A model generated the notes under the pieces. The model was not told the DNA's origin. It did no database searches and saw only the letters and a program-made list of their open reading frames with translations. Below, one piece after another: positions 50,035 through 59,028 of a stretch of DNA of 64,000 nt. The position numbers and the translations under genes were made by a program. Positions within the stretch are counted from its first letter, which is position 1. Every line of letters starts with the position of its first letter. The stretch comes from Candidatus Binataceae bacterium (GTDB lineage Bacteria; Desulfobacterota; Binatia; Binatales; Binataceae): the NCBI GenBank assembly GCA_963803045.1, contig CAWDLC010000019.1:17542-81541 (forward strand). The letters are read 5' to 3'.

Positions 50035-50265
50035 CGGCCTATTTTCTCCTCGCTCTGCGGCTCGAGAGAGTCGCCACTGCATAGCTAATCGGTGTTATTT
50101 TTGACTTTCGAGTTTGGCGCCGACACTGCGGTGTCGATGGCCGCGGTCGCAATTCCGGCGACCATCGCGACAAATGTCGACGAGACGCTCCCGCCATTAG
50201 TCGTGCACCAGGCCTGAGAGATCGTTCCGACCCAGCTCGGGGCCTCGCACCCGGACCATGCGGCC

Positions 50266-51678
50266 CTAGCGGCCGGTGCCGACCGCAGCCGCCGCCAGAC
50301 CCGCCTCCCGCGCGGCGGTCTCAAGCGCCACCGCCGCCTTCGCGGCGCGGTAGAAGCGGCCCTGCGACAGGGACATCGCGATGATGTACCCGATCATTGC
50401 GCAGGCCGCGACCCAGATCCATGTGCCCCAGCCGTGATGCACCGCGACGTAGAGACACAACGGCGCCGTGATCGCCCCCGACACGCGCGCGACCAGCCCG
50501 AAGAACGCCCAACCGGTCGCTTGGAGCGCGGGCGAGATGTCCTCGAGCGTTTCGGAGAACTGCGCCGCCCACGGCACGTACGCGATCCCCAGGAAGCATC
50601 CCAGCATGCTCGCGACCAGCGCCAGAGTCCGCTCGGGCTGTGCGTGCCCGAACATCGGAATCCAGTACGCCGTCAGCGCGGTCACCAGAATCGCGCCGAT
50701 GATTGAGACGTGTTTGCGAATCTGCAGCCGGTCGGAAACAAACCCAGCGAGCAGCAGCGATCCGATGTTGGAGAGCCAGAAATAGCTGGTGAGCCGCGCC
50801 GCGTCGGCCGCGGAGTAGTGGAACGCGTCGGTGAATATCAGCGGGCCGAACGCCTGGATCGCCGTGTACAGAATCAGGAACAGCTGAATCCCGACCACCA
50901 GCAGCCAGATTTCAAAGTGCTTGAGCAGCCGCGCGTACGCGTCGCGGATGCTCGACGGCAGCTCGGCCGGGGTCGGCAGGCGACGGCCCTCGGCAGCCAT
51001 CGCCGCCATCTCGCTCCTGAAGATCCGCACCCGCAGCTCGGGGCTCAGGTCGCTCAACCAGATCGCGATCGGGATGTACAGCGCGATCCCAATGAAGCCC
51101 ATGATCCAGATCTGCGACTGCCAGGTGTGATAAATTGGCAGGGTCGCGCCCGCGACGAAGGTCACAAGGAAGCTCGATCCCACCGGCCCGATGGTCAGCA
51201 TCCCGAACGAGAGCGCCCGTGTCAGCCGCGGCGACATATCGCGCACCAGCGCCGAGAGAGCGCCCGCCATCAGTCCCGCGACGATTCCCATCGAAGCGCG
51301 AACAATCACGAAGGTCGTGACGTTGGTGATGAAGAGGTTCGCGAACACCAACACGATAACGATTGCGAGGCAAACGTCGATCACCAGCACACGGCCGTAC
51401 CGGTCGGCGAGCGGTCCGCCGTAGAACGCCGAAATTCCGCCGAGCAGAATCAGCATTGTGATCATATAGCCGTAGCCGATCCGGCTCATGTGCAGGTACG
51501 GCAACAGCAGCGGCAGCAATGGCGCGAGCTGGAACTCGTACGAGGCGAGGATGCTCGCAAGCATGGTCAGCAGCAGCAGGGTCCAGCGGTACCCGCCGCG
51601 CGGATATTCGATCAAGGTGCGCGCGCGGACGAACTCGGTTATCCGGCCCGCCGAAGCCAATGGCTGCTCGTTTGGCAT
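50266..51678 (-). CDS. MFS transporter
   Basis: A 470-aa intact ORF with about 12-14 hydrophobic spans and a GGPLADRYGR loop motif between TM2 and TM3. Confidence 0.8.
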   Translation of the reverse strand: MPNEQPLASAGRITEFVRARTLIEYPRGGYRWTLLLLTMLASILASYEFQLAPLLPLLLPYLHMSRIGYGYMITMLILLGGISAFYGGPLADRYGRVLVIDVCLAIVIVLVFANLFITNVTTFVIVRASMGIVAGLMAGALSALVRDMSPRLTRALSFGMLTIGPVGSSFLVTFVAGATLPIYHTWQSQIWIMGFIGIALYIPIAIWLSDLSPELRVRIFRSEMAAMAAEGRRLPTPAELPSSIRDAYARLLKHFEIWLLVVGIQLFLILYTAIQAFGPLIFTDAFHYSAADAARLTSYFWLSNIGSLLLAGFVSDRLQIRKHVSIIGAILVTALTAYWIPMFGHAQPERTLALVASMLGCFLGIAYVPWAAQFSETLEDISPALQATGWAFFGLVARVSGAITAPLCLYVAVHHGWGTWIWVAACAMIGYIIAMSLSQGRFYRAAKAAVALETAAREAGLAAAAVGTGR

Positions 51679-51894
51679 AAATTAGTCCCCTGTGCGGCAC
51701 GCGTCCCCGTTGTCCCCGCCGCGCGCCGCGCGATGCTATTCTCTACAACCATCGAGCCGCATAACACAAGGCGCGGATGCGCGCGCGACGGCTGGATGCG
51801 CCGACTCGCTTCGCACCCGTGGTCTGGTATTGAATGGAGCCGCTCAGGCGGCAGTGGTGGGTGCAAAGCGCGGCGCGATGGGCAAGAATTGGTC

Positions 51895-52689
51895 ATGCCT
51901 GAAGAGTCACTCAACGAGCGCGCGGGAATTGCTCAATACTTCGGCCGTCTCGCGAAGACCTATGGCGCGGGCGCCTACTACGGGAAGCGGCGAGCGGCGG
52001 TGATTGGCGCGCTGCGTGACGAAATCCAGGGGGCGCCGCGACTGCTGGACCTTGGTTGCGGCAGCGGGGCGAACCTATTCGAATTGCGCGACGCGATCGG
52101 CTGCGAAGTGATCGTCGGCGCGGATCTCTCGCGCCAGATGCTCGCCGAGGCCGACCGCCGCCAGCGCGCCGGCGCGCGCGTGCCGCTGGTATGCGCCGAC
52201 GCGATGGCGCTGCCGTTCCCCACGGGCGCGTGGGATGTAGTGTTTTGCAGCCACGTCTTGCAGATGGTGCCCGACCTTGGCGGCTGCCTGCGCGGGATCG
52301 GCGTGGTTCTCAAGCCCGGCGGACTGCTGGCGGTCGCGGGCGGCGGCGACAGGATGGGCGGTCAACTGCTCGCGAGCCTCACCGGCGAGCAGCGCGCCCT
52401 GCTGCGTGCGGGGCGGCGGGGAGGCGATGCCCGCCGCGCCCGGGTTCGCGACCGCGAGCTGATTCGAGACACGTACGAAACCGCCGGCTTCGCTGTGGAG
52501 TGGAAGCGATTTCCCTTCACGGTCACAGGAGCTGAGTTGGCCGAGTGGTACCGGGTCCGGTGGATGCCGGTGATCGAGGACTCGCTGCGAGCGGCGGCCG
52601 ACAAAGTTCTCGAGCAGGTCATGAACGAGCGCGGCGCGGAGCAGTTCGAGGCGGCGGAAACGCTGTTGCTCGCGCGCAAGCCGGGCTGA
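51895..52689 (+). CDS. class I SAM-dependent methyltransferase
   Basis: This is the C-terminal part of ORF 50710..52689, starting at ATG 51895. It has LLDLGCGSGANL (motif I) and ADAMALPFPTGAWDVVFCSHVLQMV. Confidence 0.8.
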   Translation: MPEESLNERAGIAQYFGRLAKTYGAGAYYGKRRAAVIGALRDEIQGAPRLLDLGCGSGANLFELRDAIGCEVIVGADLSRQMLAEADRRQRAGARVPLVCADAMALPFPTGAWDVVFCSHVLQMVPDLGGCLRGIGVVLKPGGLLAVAGGGDRMGGQLLASLTGEQRALLRAGRRGGDARRARVRDRELIRDTYETAGFAVEWKRFPFTVTGAELAEWYRVRWMPVIEDSLRAAADKVLEQVMNERGAEQFEAAETLLLARKPG

Positions 52690-52872
52690 TCGGGGCGGAC
52701 AGCCGAAGATGTACGCGTATCCGCTCGCACACGGCGCGCTCCGGTCCCGACCATCCGCGGCTTGGATAAGCGCGATCAGCCGGGCGACCGGGAAGTGCGC
52801 GTATGACCGCGAATACCAGGCACAGCATCAACCCCCCTGCCAGCGCGATTATCGCGCGCGTCCACAATTTAT

Positions 52873-53664
52873 CTAGACCGCGAATGAGTAGCCTCCGTTT
52901 ACGGGAATCGTCTGCCCTGTCATCCAGCTCGACGCATCGGAGGCGAGAAACAGGACCATGTTGGCCGCGTCTTCCGGCTCGCCCAGGCGCCGAATCGGGT
53001 AATGGCGCAGCACCTTTTTCGTGTACTCTTCCACCTCCAGCATACGCGCGGTCGTGGGGGTGCGCGTGGTGCCAAGAGCCACGCAGTTCGCGGTCACTGA
53101 ATAGCGGCCCACGTCCTTGGCGATCGCGCGGATGAATCCGGCAGCGCCGGCCTTGGCGCCGGAATATATTTCGAGATTGGGCTCGCCGACCCGGCCCGCG
53201 TCGGAGATCACGGTGACGATCCGGCCATAACCACGCTCGATCATCCCCGGCAGCGCCGCGCGGGTGCAGTTCAGCACGCCGAAGAAATTGGTCTGGAGCG
53301 CAGCCTGCCATTCGTTGGGCGATTGCTCCCAGAACGGCTTGCGGGAAATGTTGCGCGGATCGGGTCCGTAATTCCCGGCGTTGTTGACCAGGATGTCGAC
53401 CGGTCCCAACGCGCGCACGGCCTGCTCGAATGCGCCGATCACGCCCGCGAAATCGGTCACGTCGCAACTGGCGGCGAGCCCCTTGCATCCGAGCTTTTCC
53501 ACTTCCGCGACGACCGCCTTCGCGCGTTCCTCGTAATAGTCATTCACCACCACGCCGCCTGCGCCGTTGGCGGCAAGGTGCAGCGCGATTTGCCTTCCAA
53601 CGCCCTGTCCCGCGCCGGTCACGAGACCGATGCGGCCCTTCAGATCGAGTATTCCGCCCGCCAT
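52873..53664 (-). CDS. SDR family oxidoreductase (FabG-like)
   Basis: It has LVTGAGQGVGRQIA (TGxxxGxG), NNAG and YSGAKAG (YxxxK). ATG 53664 is preceded by AAGGAG. The alternative ATG 53679 forms an ATGA overlap with the upstream gene fragment. Confidence 0.9.
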   Translation of the reverse strand: MAGGILDLKGRIGLVTGAGQGVGRQIALHLAANGAGGVVVNDYYEERAKAVVAEVEKLGCKGLAASCDVTDFAGVIGAFEQAVRALGPVDILVNNAGNYGPDPRNISRKPFWEQSPNEWQAALQTNFFGVLNCTRAALPGMIERGYGRIVTVISDAGRVGEPNLEIYSGAKAGAAGFIRAIAKDVGRYSVTANCVALGTTRTPTTARMLEVEEYTKKVLRHYPIRRLGEPEDAANMVLFLASDASSWMTGQTIPVNGGYSFAV

Positions 53665-53675
53665 GGCCTGCTCCT

Positions 53676-53990
53676 TCATCGAATCGCCGATCTCCCGGCC
53701 AACGCGCGGCCGACGATCAGCTTTTGAATCTGAGTTGTTCCGTCCGGCATCGTCAGCATCCGTGCGTCGCGCATGCATCGCTCGACCCGGTTTTCAGTCG
53801 CGAGTCCGTTCGCACCCAGGCACTGTATCGCGGTCGACGCCACTTTGACCGCTGCTTCTGTCGCATACCATTTCGCCATCGAGGCTTCCACGTCCGCGCG
53901 TCCCCGCCGGAGCGCGAGAAAGGCACCATGGCAGAGCAGGCGCACCGCGTCGATCTCGGTTGCCATCTCGGCAACCATCGCGGCGATCAC
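53676..53990 (-). pseudogene. acyl-CoA dehydrogenase, C-terminal fragment only (5'-truncated at about 53993)
   Basis: The 104 aa (VIAAMVAEMATEIDAVRLLCHGA...SMAKWYATEAAVKVASTAIQCLGANGLATENRVERCMRDARMLTMPDGTTQIQ) match only the last helical domain of ACADs. An in-frame TAG lies immediately upstream, followed by unrelated AT-richer sequence. Confidence 0.75.
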
Positions 53991-54081
53991 CTACGTACCG
54001 GGTTCCAAGAAGCGAATACTAAATGTAGAACGTTGCAAAGAGATTGCACAATTCAAGCAATCTTACTCCTTGCCGTTCGCT

Positions 54082-54528
54082 TTATGATTCAATCGCGACA
54101 GTAGTCGCATCCTTGGTTGGATTTGAGGCTTTGGTCTTTTTCCTCGATCGAGACTTCTTGGCGGCAGTTGCCAGTGACACTCGAGCATCTGCAGTCATCG
54201 TGTCCGCATGCTGCACGTCGTTGAGTCCGACCTCAGGTTTGGCGAAAATCGCGCTCGGAACAAAATTCGGTCGATCGGCACCTTTCAGGTCGGGGTCGCG
54301 GAGTTCAAGATAACGCATTCGGGTGGTGCTGATGCCAACGAACACTGGTCCGTCGATTCCGTTTCTTCCGACCGAGCGACACTCGAAGCGGGTATCGATT
54401 ATCGGAAAGGGTTCCAAGGCAGTGACGGACAGCACGGAACCGGGCCACCATCTTCCTTTGCCTACGCGGACGATCCAGACCCAGACAGGAGTGCCTGGAC
54501 GAACTTGGCAGGCCTGATTAACTTCCAT
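54082..54528 (-). CDS. hypothetical protein (possible Tudor/PWWP-like beta-barrel N-terminus, Lys-rich tail)
   Basis: A 148-aa ORF with GTPVWVWIVRVGKGRWWPGSVLSV near the N-terminus and a C-terminal AAKKSRSRKKTKASNPTKD. I do not recognise a family. Confidence 0.4.
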   Translation of the reverse strand: MEVNQACQVRPGTPVWVWIVRVGKGRWWPGSVLSVTALEPFPIIDTRFECRSVGRNGIDGPVFVGISTTRMRYLELRDPDLKGADRPNFVPSAIFAKPEVGLNDVQHADTMTADARVSLATAAKKSRSRKKTKASNPTKDATTVAIES

Positions 54529-54603
54529 TGAGTAGTCTACCCTCCATCTCAGTTGTTACGTCAACGACTTTCAGCTGATAGGTAAGATTTTTTTCGAAAT
54601 AGG

Positions 54604-55404
54604 TCACGGCAGTTTTCTCAGGGCCTCGCTTGTCGCCGAGATCCCCAAATCACGCTCGGCGTCAGAGAGGGCTGCGAAGATGGCGTCGGCGGTGACGGCG
54701 GCCATTATGGTTCGCAGCGTTTCAGGTCGTGAACACATCTGAGGGAGCTTTGCCAGCCAGGGAAGGTGCAGTTCGTGATACTTAAGGCCGAGTACGAAAA
54801 ACAGATGAGTGGGCTTACCGTCGAGAGCGTCGAAATCGACGCCGCCGCGTGATCGGCCCAAGATCATGAACGGTTTGACTACGTGCTCGGGATGGCGATT
54901 GAGCGTGTGCAGAAAAGCGAGTCCGTTACCGGTCGCGCTCGGCATGATATTCTCGCGCTCGATAAGAGCGCCGACGAACCAGGTCTTGTCCCTCACCAAA
55001 TTCAGCCGGCTAGCCAGATTCGCCAGCTCCTCGATGACTCCGGTTTTGGTGCTGGCCTCCAGGTCGGGAATTATGTGGCTTGGCTGAAAGCAACTCGCGA
55101 GATTTAGCATCCTGCGCGCTGCGGGCGCGCCTCTGGAAACGTCAACGCTCCGTGGCGTGACTCCCAGCATTTGATCGTCGAGCCAAGCGTCCAGCATCGC
55201 CTTGCGGAAGCGCCATTGATTTCCGATTTTGACTCCGGGTAACTCCCCGTCGGATACCAATTTGAGCACGGTCCGCTCGTTGAGGTTCAGGTAAGCAGCG
55301 AGTTGGCGAACAGTCAGCAACCTGTCTGCCGGTTCCGGGGATGTTTCCGTGGTCTTACGGATAATGTTCGACACTGTGCGTAAGAATACGTAAGAATCCG
55401 GCAA
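54604..55404 (-). CDS. HTH (excisionase/MerR-type) fused to a PTS EIIA type-2 (EIIA-Ntr-like) domain
   Basis: The HTH is LLTVRQLAAYLNLNERTVLKLVSDGELPGVKIGNQWRFRKAMLDAWL. The EIIA-like part is IIPDLEASTKTGVIEELANL...ERENIMPSATGNGLAFLHTL...DGKPTHLFFVL. The start is uncertain (TTG 55404 or GTG 55374). Confidence 0.7.
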   Translation of the reverse strand: MPDSYVFLRTVSNIIRKTTETSPEPADRLLTVRQLAAYLNLNERTVLKLVSDGELPGVKIGNQWRFRKAMLDAWLDDQMLGVTPRSVDVSRGAPAARRMLNLASCFQPSHIIPDLEASTKTGVIEELANLASRLNLVRDKTWFVGALIERENIMPSATGNGLAFLHTLNRHPEHVVKPFMILGRSRGGVDFDALDGKPTHLFFVLGLKYHELHLPWLAKLPQMCSRPETLRTIMAAVTADAIFAALSDAERDLGISATSEALRKLP

Positions 55405-55426
55405 ACTACAACGGATTACTCAAAAT

Positions 55427-55456
55427 TGAGAAAAAACGCATACTGCGCAAATGCGT
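55427..55456 (-). terminator. candidate intrinsic terminator after the USP pair
   Basis: On the minus strand there is ACGCATttgcgcagtATGCGT followed by TTTTTTCTC. The stem is only 6 bp. Confidence 0.35.
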
Positions 55457-55538
55457 CTGCGAACGTTTGCCCGGCTGAGGTGAAGCGAAGGCCGTCGTCT
55501 GAAGATCTATGTATCGGAGGGTTTTTTTCGATCTCGAA

Positions 55539-56015
55539 TCAGGAATTGGCCGCTCCAGATGAACGGGCGGAAGCGGCTGGGGGACCATGTTTTCTGACCG
55601 TCAGGACCGGGACCGACGATTCGCGCACAACGCGCTCGGCCACGCTGCCCAAGAAAGCGTGACCCAGGCCCGTGCGACCATGTGTCGCGACTACGATCAG
55701 ATCCGGACGAAGCTCACGCGCGGCCTCGAGAATGGCGCTCGCCGGATCGCCGCGCTTGAGCGATGCCTGGTACTTGACCCCATCGGACAGATGCTTGGCC
55801 GCGAACTTCTCCAGGCGCACGCGCGCGTCGCGCTGCCATTCGGGCAAAAACGCTTCAACCGGCTGCTCCGACGGCTCGAACGGGAGCTTGACCACGTGTA
55901 GCAGATACAGCGCCCCGTGGTATTCGCGGGCGAGCCGCGCGGCAAAATCCAAGGCGGCGGCGGAGTTAGGATCGAAATCCACCGGGCAAAGAATTTTCTT
56001 GAATTTGGTCTTCAT
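55539..56015 (-). CDS. universal stress protein (UspA family)
   Basis: It has KKILCPVDFDPNSAAALDFAARLA...LIVVATHGRTGLGHAFLGSVAERVVRESSVPVLTV. Confidence 0.9.
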   Translation of the reverse strand: MKTKFKKILCPVDFDPNSAAALDFAARLAREYHGALYLLHVVKLPFEPSEQPVEAFLPEWQRDARVRLEKFAAKHLSDGVKYQASLKRGDPASAILEAARELRPDLIVVATHGRTGLGHAFLGSVAERVVRESSVPVLTVRKHGPPAASARSSGAANS

Positions 56016-56079
56016 AGCGTTTGACGATCAAGGCGGGCAGCCGCCGAGGACATTTGAAGCAGCTCGCCAATGCAGATCG

Positions 56080-56565
56080 CTACAAGCGTCCTCCTCCCGC
56101 GCCCGCTTTGCGAACGGCCCTTCCGGCAGCGGAGGCTTTGGGCCTGACCGTCAGGACCGAACGTCCCGCGCTGCGGATGACCTTTTCTGCGACGCTGCCC
56201 AGAAACAGGTGCGCCACCCCGCTCCTGCCGTGAGTCGCCATCACGATCAGGTCCGCGTCGAGGTCTTCGGCGGCTGCGGATATCTGATCGGCCGGCTCCC
56301 CGATCTTGACCACGATTTCATGCCGCACTTTCCGGCCGACGCGCTCGCGGACGATTTTCTCGAGATGAAGTTTTGCCGGCTCGGTTGACACCGAAGCGTA
56401 CGGCTCAAGCGGCAATGCGGTGGTTGTCAGGGGCACAGAGATTACGTGCATCAGGTACAGGACGGCATCGTTGTCCCTCGCCAGTTCCGCCGCGGTGTCG
56501 AGCGCGGCCATCGAGTTGTCGTCGAAGTCGACGGGACAGAGGATCTTTTTGAAGAATTTTGCCAT
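56080..56565 (-). CDS. universal stress protein (UspA family)
   Basis: The start is the internal ATG 56565, preceded by GGAGGAG. It has KKILCPVDFDDNSMAALDTAAELA...LIVMATHGRSGVAHLFLGSVAEKVIRSAGRSVLTV. Confidence 0.9.
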   Translation of the reverse strand: MAKFFKKILCPVDFDDNSMAALDTAAELARDNDAVLYLMHVISVPLTTTALPLEPYASVSTEPAKLHLEKIVRERVGRKVRHEIVVKIGEPADQISAAAEDLDADLIVMATHGRSGVAHLFLGSVAEKVIRSAGRSVLTVRPKASAAGRAVRKAGAGGGRL

Positions 56566-56642
56566 TGAACTCCTCCTTCTTCTTGCGCCTCGTGCATCTC
56601 CTCCTTGTCCGTCATAAATTCGCAACAAGCAAGCACCAATCG

Positions 56643-56658
56643 CGCATCGGCCGTGCCA
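56643..56658 (-). promoter_or_regulatory. candidate sigma54 (-24/-12) promoter upstream of the USP pair
   Basis: The minus strand reads TGGCACGgccgATGCg. The GG and GC doublets have the canonical spacing of TGGCACG-N4-TTGCW. It lies about 78 nt upstream of ATG 56565. Confidence 0.5.
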
Positions 56659-56671
56659 CGATGTTGACCTA

Positions 56672-56825
56672 GCAGGCTGTTGAAAAAGTAATTTTCAACG
56701 CCTGCTCCCTCTCTCTTGTCTCCCCCAAAGGGGGAGATGTTGTAGGTAAGAAGCCAGTTTTTACGCAGGGTGTTGAATGGTTCGGGACCTGAACCGCCCT
56801 TCGATATGAGTTTTTCAACACCCTG
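56672..56825. repeat. three strong hairpins, two sharing a CAGGnnGTTGAA...TTCAACnnCCTG core (REP-like)
   Basis: The hairpins are GCAGGCTGTTGAAAAagtaaTTTTCAACGCCTGC (56672-56705), TCTCCCCCaaaGGGGGAGA (about 56719-56737), and CAGGGTGTTGAA-36 nt-TTCAACACCCTG (56766-56825). Confidence 0.6.
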
Positions 56826-57470
56826 TTAGGGGAAGGTCAGTCCCGTCGCGCCTTCGAGGTCAGCCAAAGCCTGGGGCTCCCTCACCACCTTGATCGCCAC
56901 CATCCCGAGCTGCGCCGCTGCCTTGCAGTTGATGCCCAGGTCGTCCAGATAGACGCAGGCCTTAGCCTCTACTCGAAGCCGCTCGCACATCATCAGGTAG
57001 ATCCTGGGGTCGGGTTTTCGCACGCCGACCTTGGAGCTTTCGATGATTGCGTCGAAGTGCTGCATGATGTCGCCGGCACGCGAGGCGCTCTGGGGGTTTG
57101 TGGCCATGGCTGATCCGTGACCATGGACCATGTTGTTGGTGATGCAACCGACCTTGAAACGCTGCTTGCAAACGGTCAGCGCCCCGACCATCCGCGGCCG
57201 TACCTCGCCGGAAAGCAGGGGCAAAACTTCGGCTCCGCGCACCGGGTGACCGCGCGCGGCCGTTTCCTCGAGGAATTTCCGGTCAAACCCGGCGCCATCG
57301 AGTTCGCCACGCTCGAACAGCGCCCAGGCGTTGGAATCGGGATTAGTGGTGTTAACAGTTCGAATGAGGTCCCTGGGCAGGCCGCGTTGGGCCTCAAAGC
57401 GGTTGAAGGCCTCGAAGGGAGAGGTCGTGAAAACGCCGCCAAAATCCCAAATCACCGCCTCTATGGTCAC
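56826..57470 (-). CDS. HAD-superfamily hydrolase (subfamily IA)
   Basis: GTG start. It has VIWDFGGVF (DxG-type motif I variant), CITNN, KVGVRKPDPRIY and VYLDDLGINC. Confidence 0.8.
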   Translation of the reverse strand: MTIEAVIWDFGGVFTTSPFEAFNRFEAQRGLPRDLIRTVNTTNPDSNAWALFERGELDGAGFDRKFLEETAARGHPVRGAEVLPLLSGEVRPRMVGALTVCKQRFKVGCITNNMVHGHGSAMATNPQSASRAGDIMQHFDAIIESSKVGVRKPDPRIYLMMCERLRVEAKACVYLDDLGINCKAAAQLGMVAIKVVREPQALADLEGATGLTFP

Positions 57471-57695
57471 GTCGATATTCTTCCCTATTCAAATTGGCGC
57501 GATGCCGGAATGTCCGAGAAAACTTCCCGGATTTGTCTTTCTTAGGATAGGCGCCGACGAAATGCGAGAGTAGTTGGAAAACTCAGGCGGCATTCATGAA
57601 TCGCGCTCGAACTGCTTGCACGTGCAACCTGTCGCGAAATAGGGGTAGTTTATGCACGGGCCTCGTTTCATGAGGCCTTTTCTCGGAGAGGCTGA

Positions 57696-58619
57696 ATGAT
57701 TCCCTTTGCCGGTAATCCCCTTAATCGCGCGAGCGAAAAGCGCACCGACGCAAACTGGATCGAGTTCAAACGGCGCGATCTGTCTTCGCTTGTACTCCCA
57801 ATGTGGCGCCTCGAGCCGTTTCTTCTTGGGCCGGAAAAGTCGGGCCCTCCGATCGAGCTTGGCCTGTTGCGGCCAGGAATTGCGGATTCGCTCGCGGGTG
57901 CCGGAGCACCGTGCATCTTTCTGGGTCTCGATGGCGACAGGGCGGTATTTGCGCTTGACGTGTCGGAAGCCGGCGACCCTGCGAACGTGGGACCGCTCGC
58001 CGGACTCGGCTATTTCCGTGACGCACGTATGGCGGCAGCGATGGTCTCGATCAAAGACGCCGCAATCATCGCGCAGGCGAAGGCCATGATCGATTGGCAT
58101 CAGCGGCACGGCTTCTGCCCGCGCTGCGGCGCGCCCACGAAGATGATGGACGCGGGTTACCGGCGGCTGTGCGGCAAATGCAACGCCGAGCATTTTCCGC
58201 GCGTCGATCCGGTGGTCATCATGCTCGCGACCGAGGGTGAGGCGTGTCTGGTGGGACGCGGCAAGCAGTTTGCGCCCGGGATGTTTTCCGCGCTAGCGGG
58301 CTTTGTCGAGCCCGGCGAAACGATCGAGGAAGCGGTGCGGCGCGAACTGATGGAGGAAGCTGCCGTGAAAGTGGGCGAGGTAACTTATTACGCGACGCAG
58401 CCCTGGCCGTTTCCCTCCTCGCTGATGATCGGATGTTTCGCAAAGGCCGAAAGCCGCGATGCGAAGGTGGACGAGAACGAGCTCGCCGAAGTGCGCTGGA
58501 TAGAACGCAGTGTGGCGCGCGAGCTGATCGAGGGAAAGCAGGTGGATGGTCTACGGGTGCCGTCGCCAATCGCGATCGCCCATCATCTAATTAAGACGTG
58601 GGCTCTCGGCGAGAAATGA
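57696..58619 (+). CDS. nudC: NAD(+) diphosphatase (NADH pyrophosphatase) NudC
   Basis: It has a zinc ribbon (CPRCGAPTKMMDAGYRRLCGKCNAEHFPR), a Nudix box (GFVEPGETIEEAVRRELMEEAAV) and QPWPFPSSLM. Confidence 0.85.
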   Translation: MIPFAGNPLNRASEKRTDANWIEFKRRDLSSLVLPMWRLEPFLLGPEKSGPPIELGLLRPGIADSLAGAGAPCIFLGLDGDRAVFALDVSEAGDPANVGPLAGLGYFRDARMAAAMVSIKDAAIIAQAKAMIDWHQRHGFCPRCGAPTKMMDAGYRRLCGKCNAEHFPRVDPVVIMLATEGEACLVGRGKQFAPGMFSALAGFVEPGETIEEAVRRELMEEAAVKVGEVTYYATQPWPFPSSLMIGCFAKAESRDAKVDENELAEVRWIERSVARELIEGKQVDGLRVPSPIAIAHHLIKTWALGEK

Positions 58620-59028
58620 CTGCCTAATTTCTGGAGACAAAGATCGGGTTATTCGGCAGAGCCGTCGGAAATTCACCCTGAGTCCGTTGCTATGGCAGGA
58701 GCCCTCCGTTCATCGACGAGACCCAGAGGCCGACGCAGCAGATAGACCAGCGTGGAAAGTGGAGCGCGATCCGCAGGAGCGCGGTTACATCGACATCGTC
58801 GAGTATTACGACGATTCCGGCAAGCTGATTCGCCGCGAAGTGCGCCAGAAATAGCGTCTGTATCCTGTCGATTGAGCCCGCCCTAGACCCGCGGTTAAGC
58901 GGCCCTTGCGAGTGACTTGCGTTCTGATGCGAAAGGCATTCTTGGGCACTGAGACGGCGTTTCGCACTTCTTTGCCGAGCTACGTATACCGCCTGTGCTC
59001 CGGAACGCCGCGCCGGAGATGAAACTCG

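Noticed and set aside
50710-51894. The N-terminal two-thirds of the 659-aa ORF 50710..52689.
   Set aside because: It is antisense to the MFS transporter gene and has a biased composition (R/Q/H/D-rich). Only the part from ATG 51895 onward carries methyltransferase motifs.
58687-58854. A short ORF (TTG start, 55 aa) ending ...WKVERDPQERGYIDIVEYYDDSGKLIRREVRQK.
   Set aside because: The C-terminal half looks protein-like, but there is no good start codon or RBS. The nearby ATG at 58692 is out of frame, and I do not recognise a family. This is not enough to call a gene.
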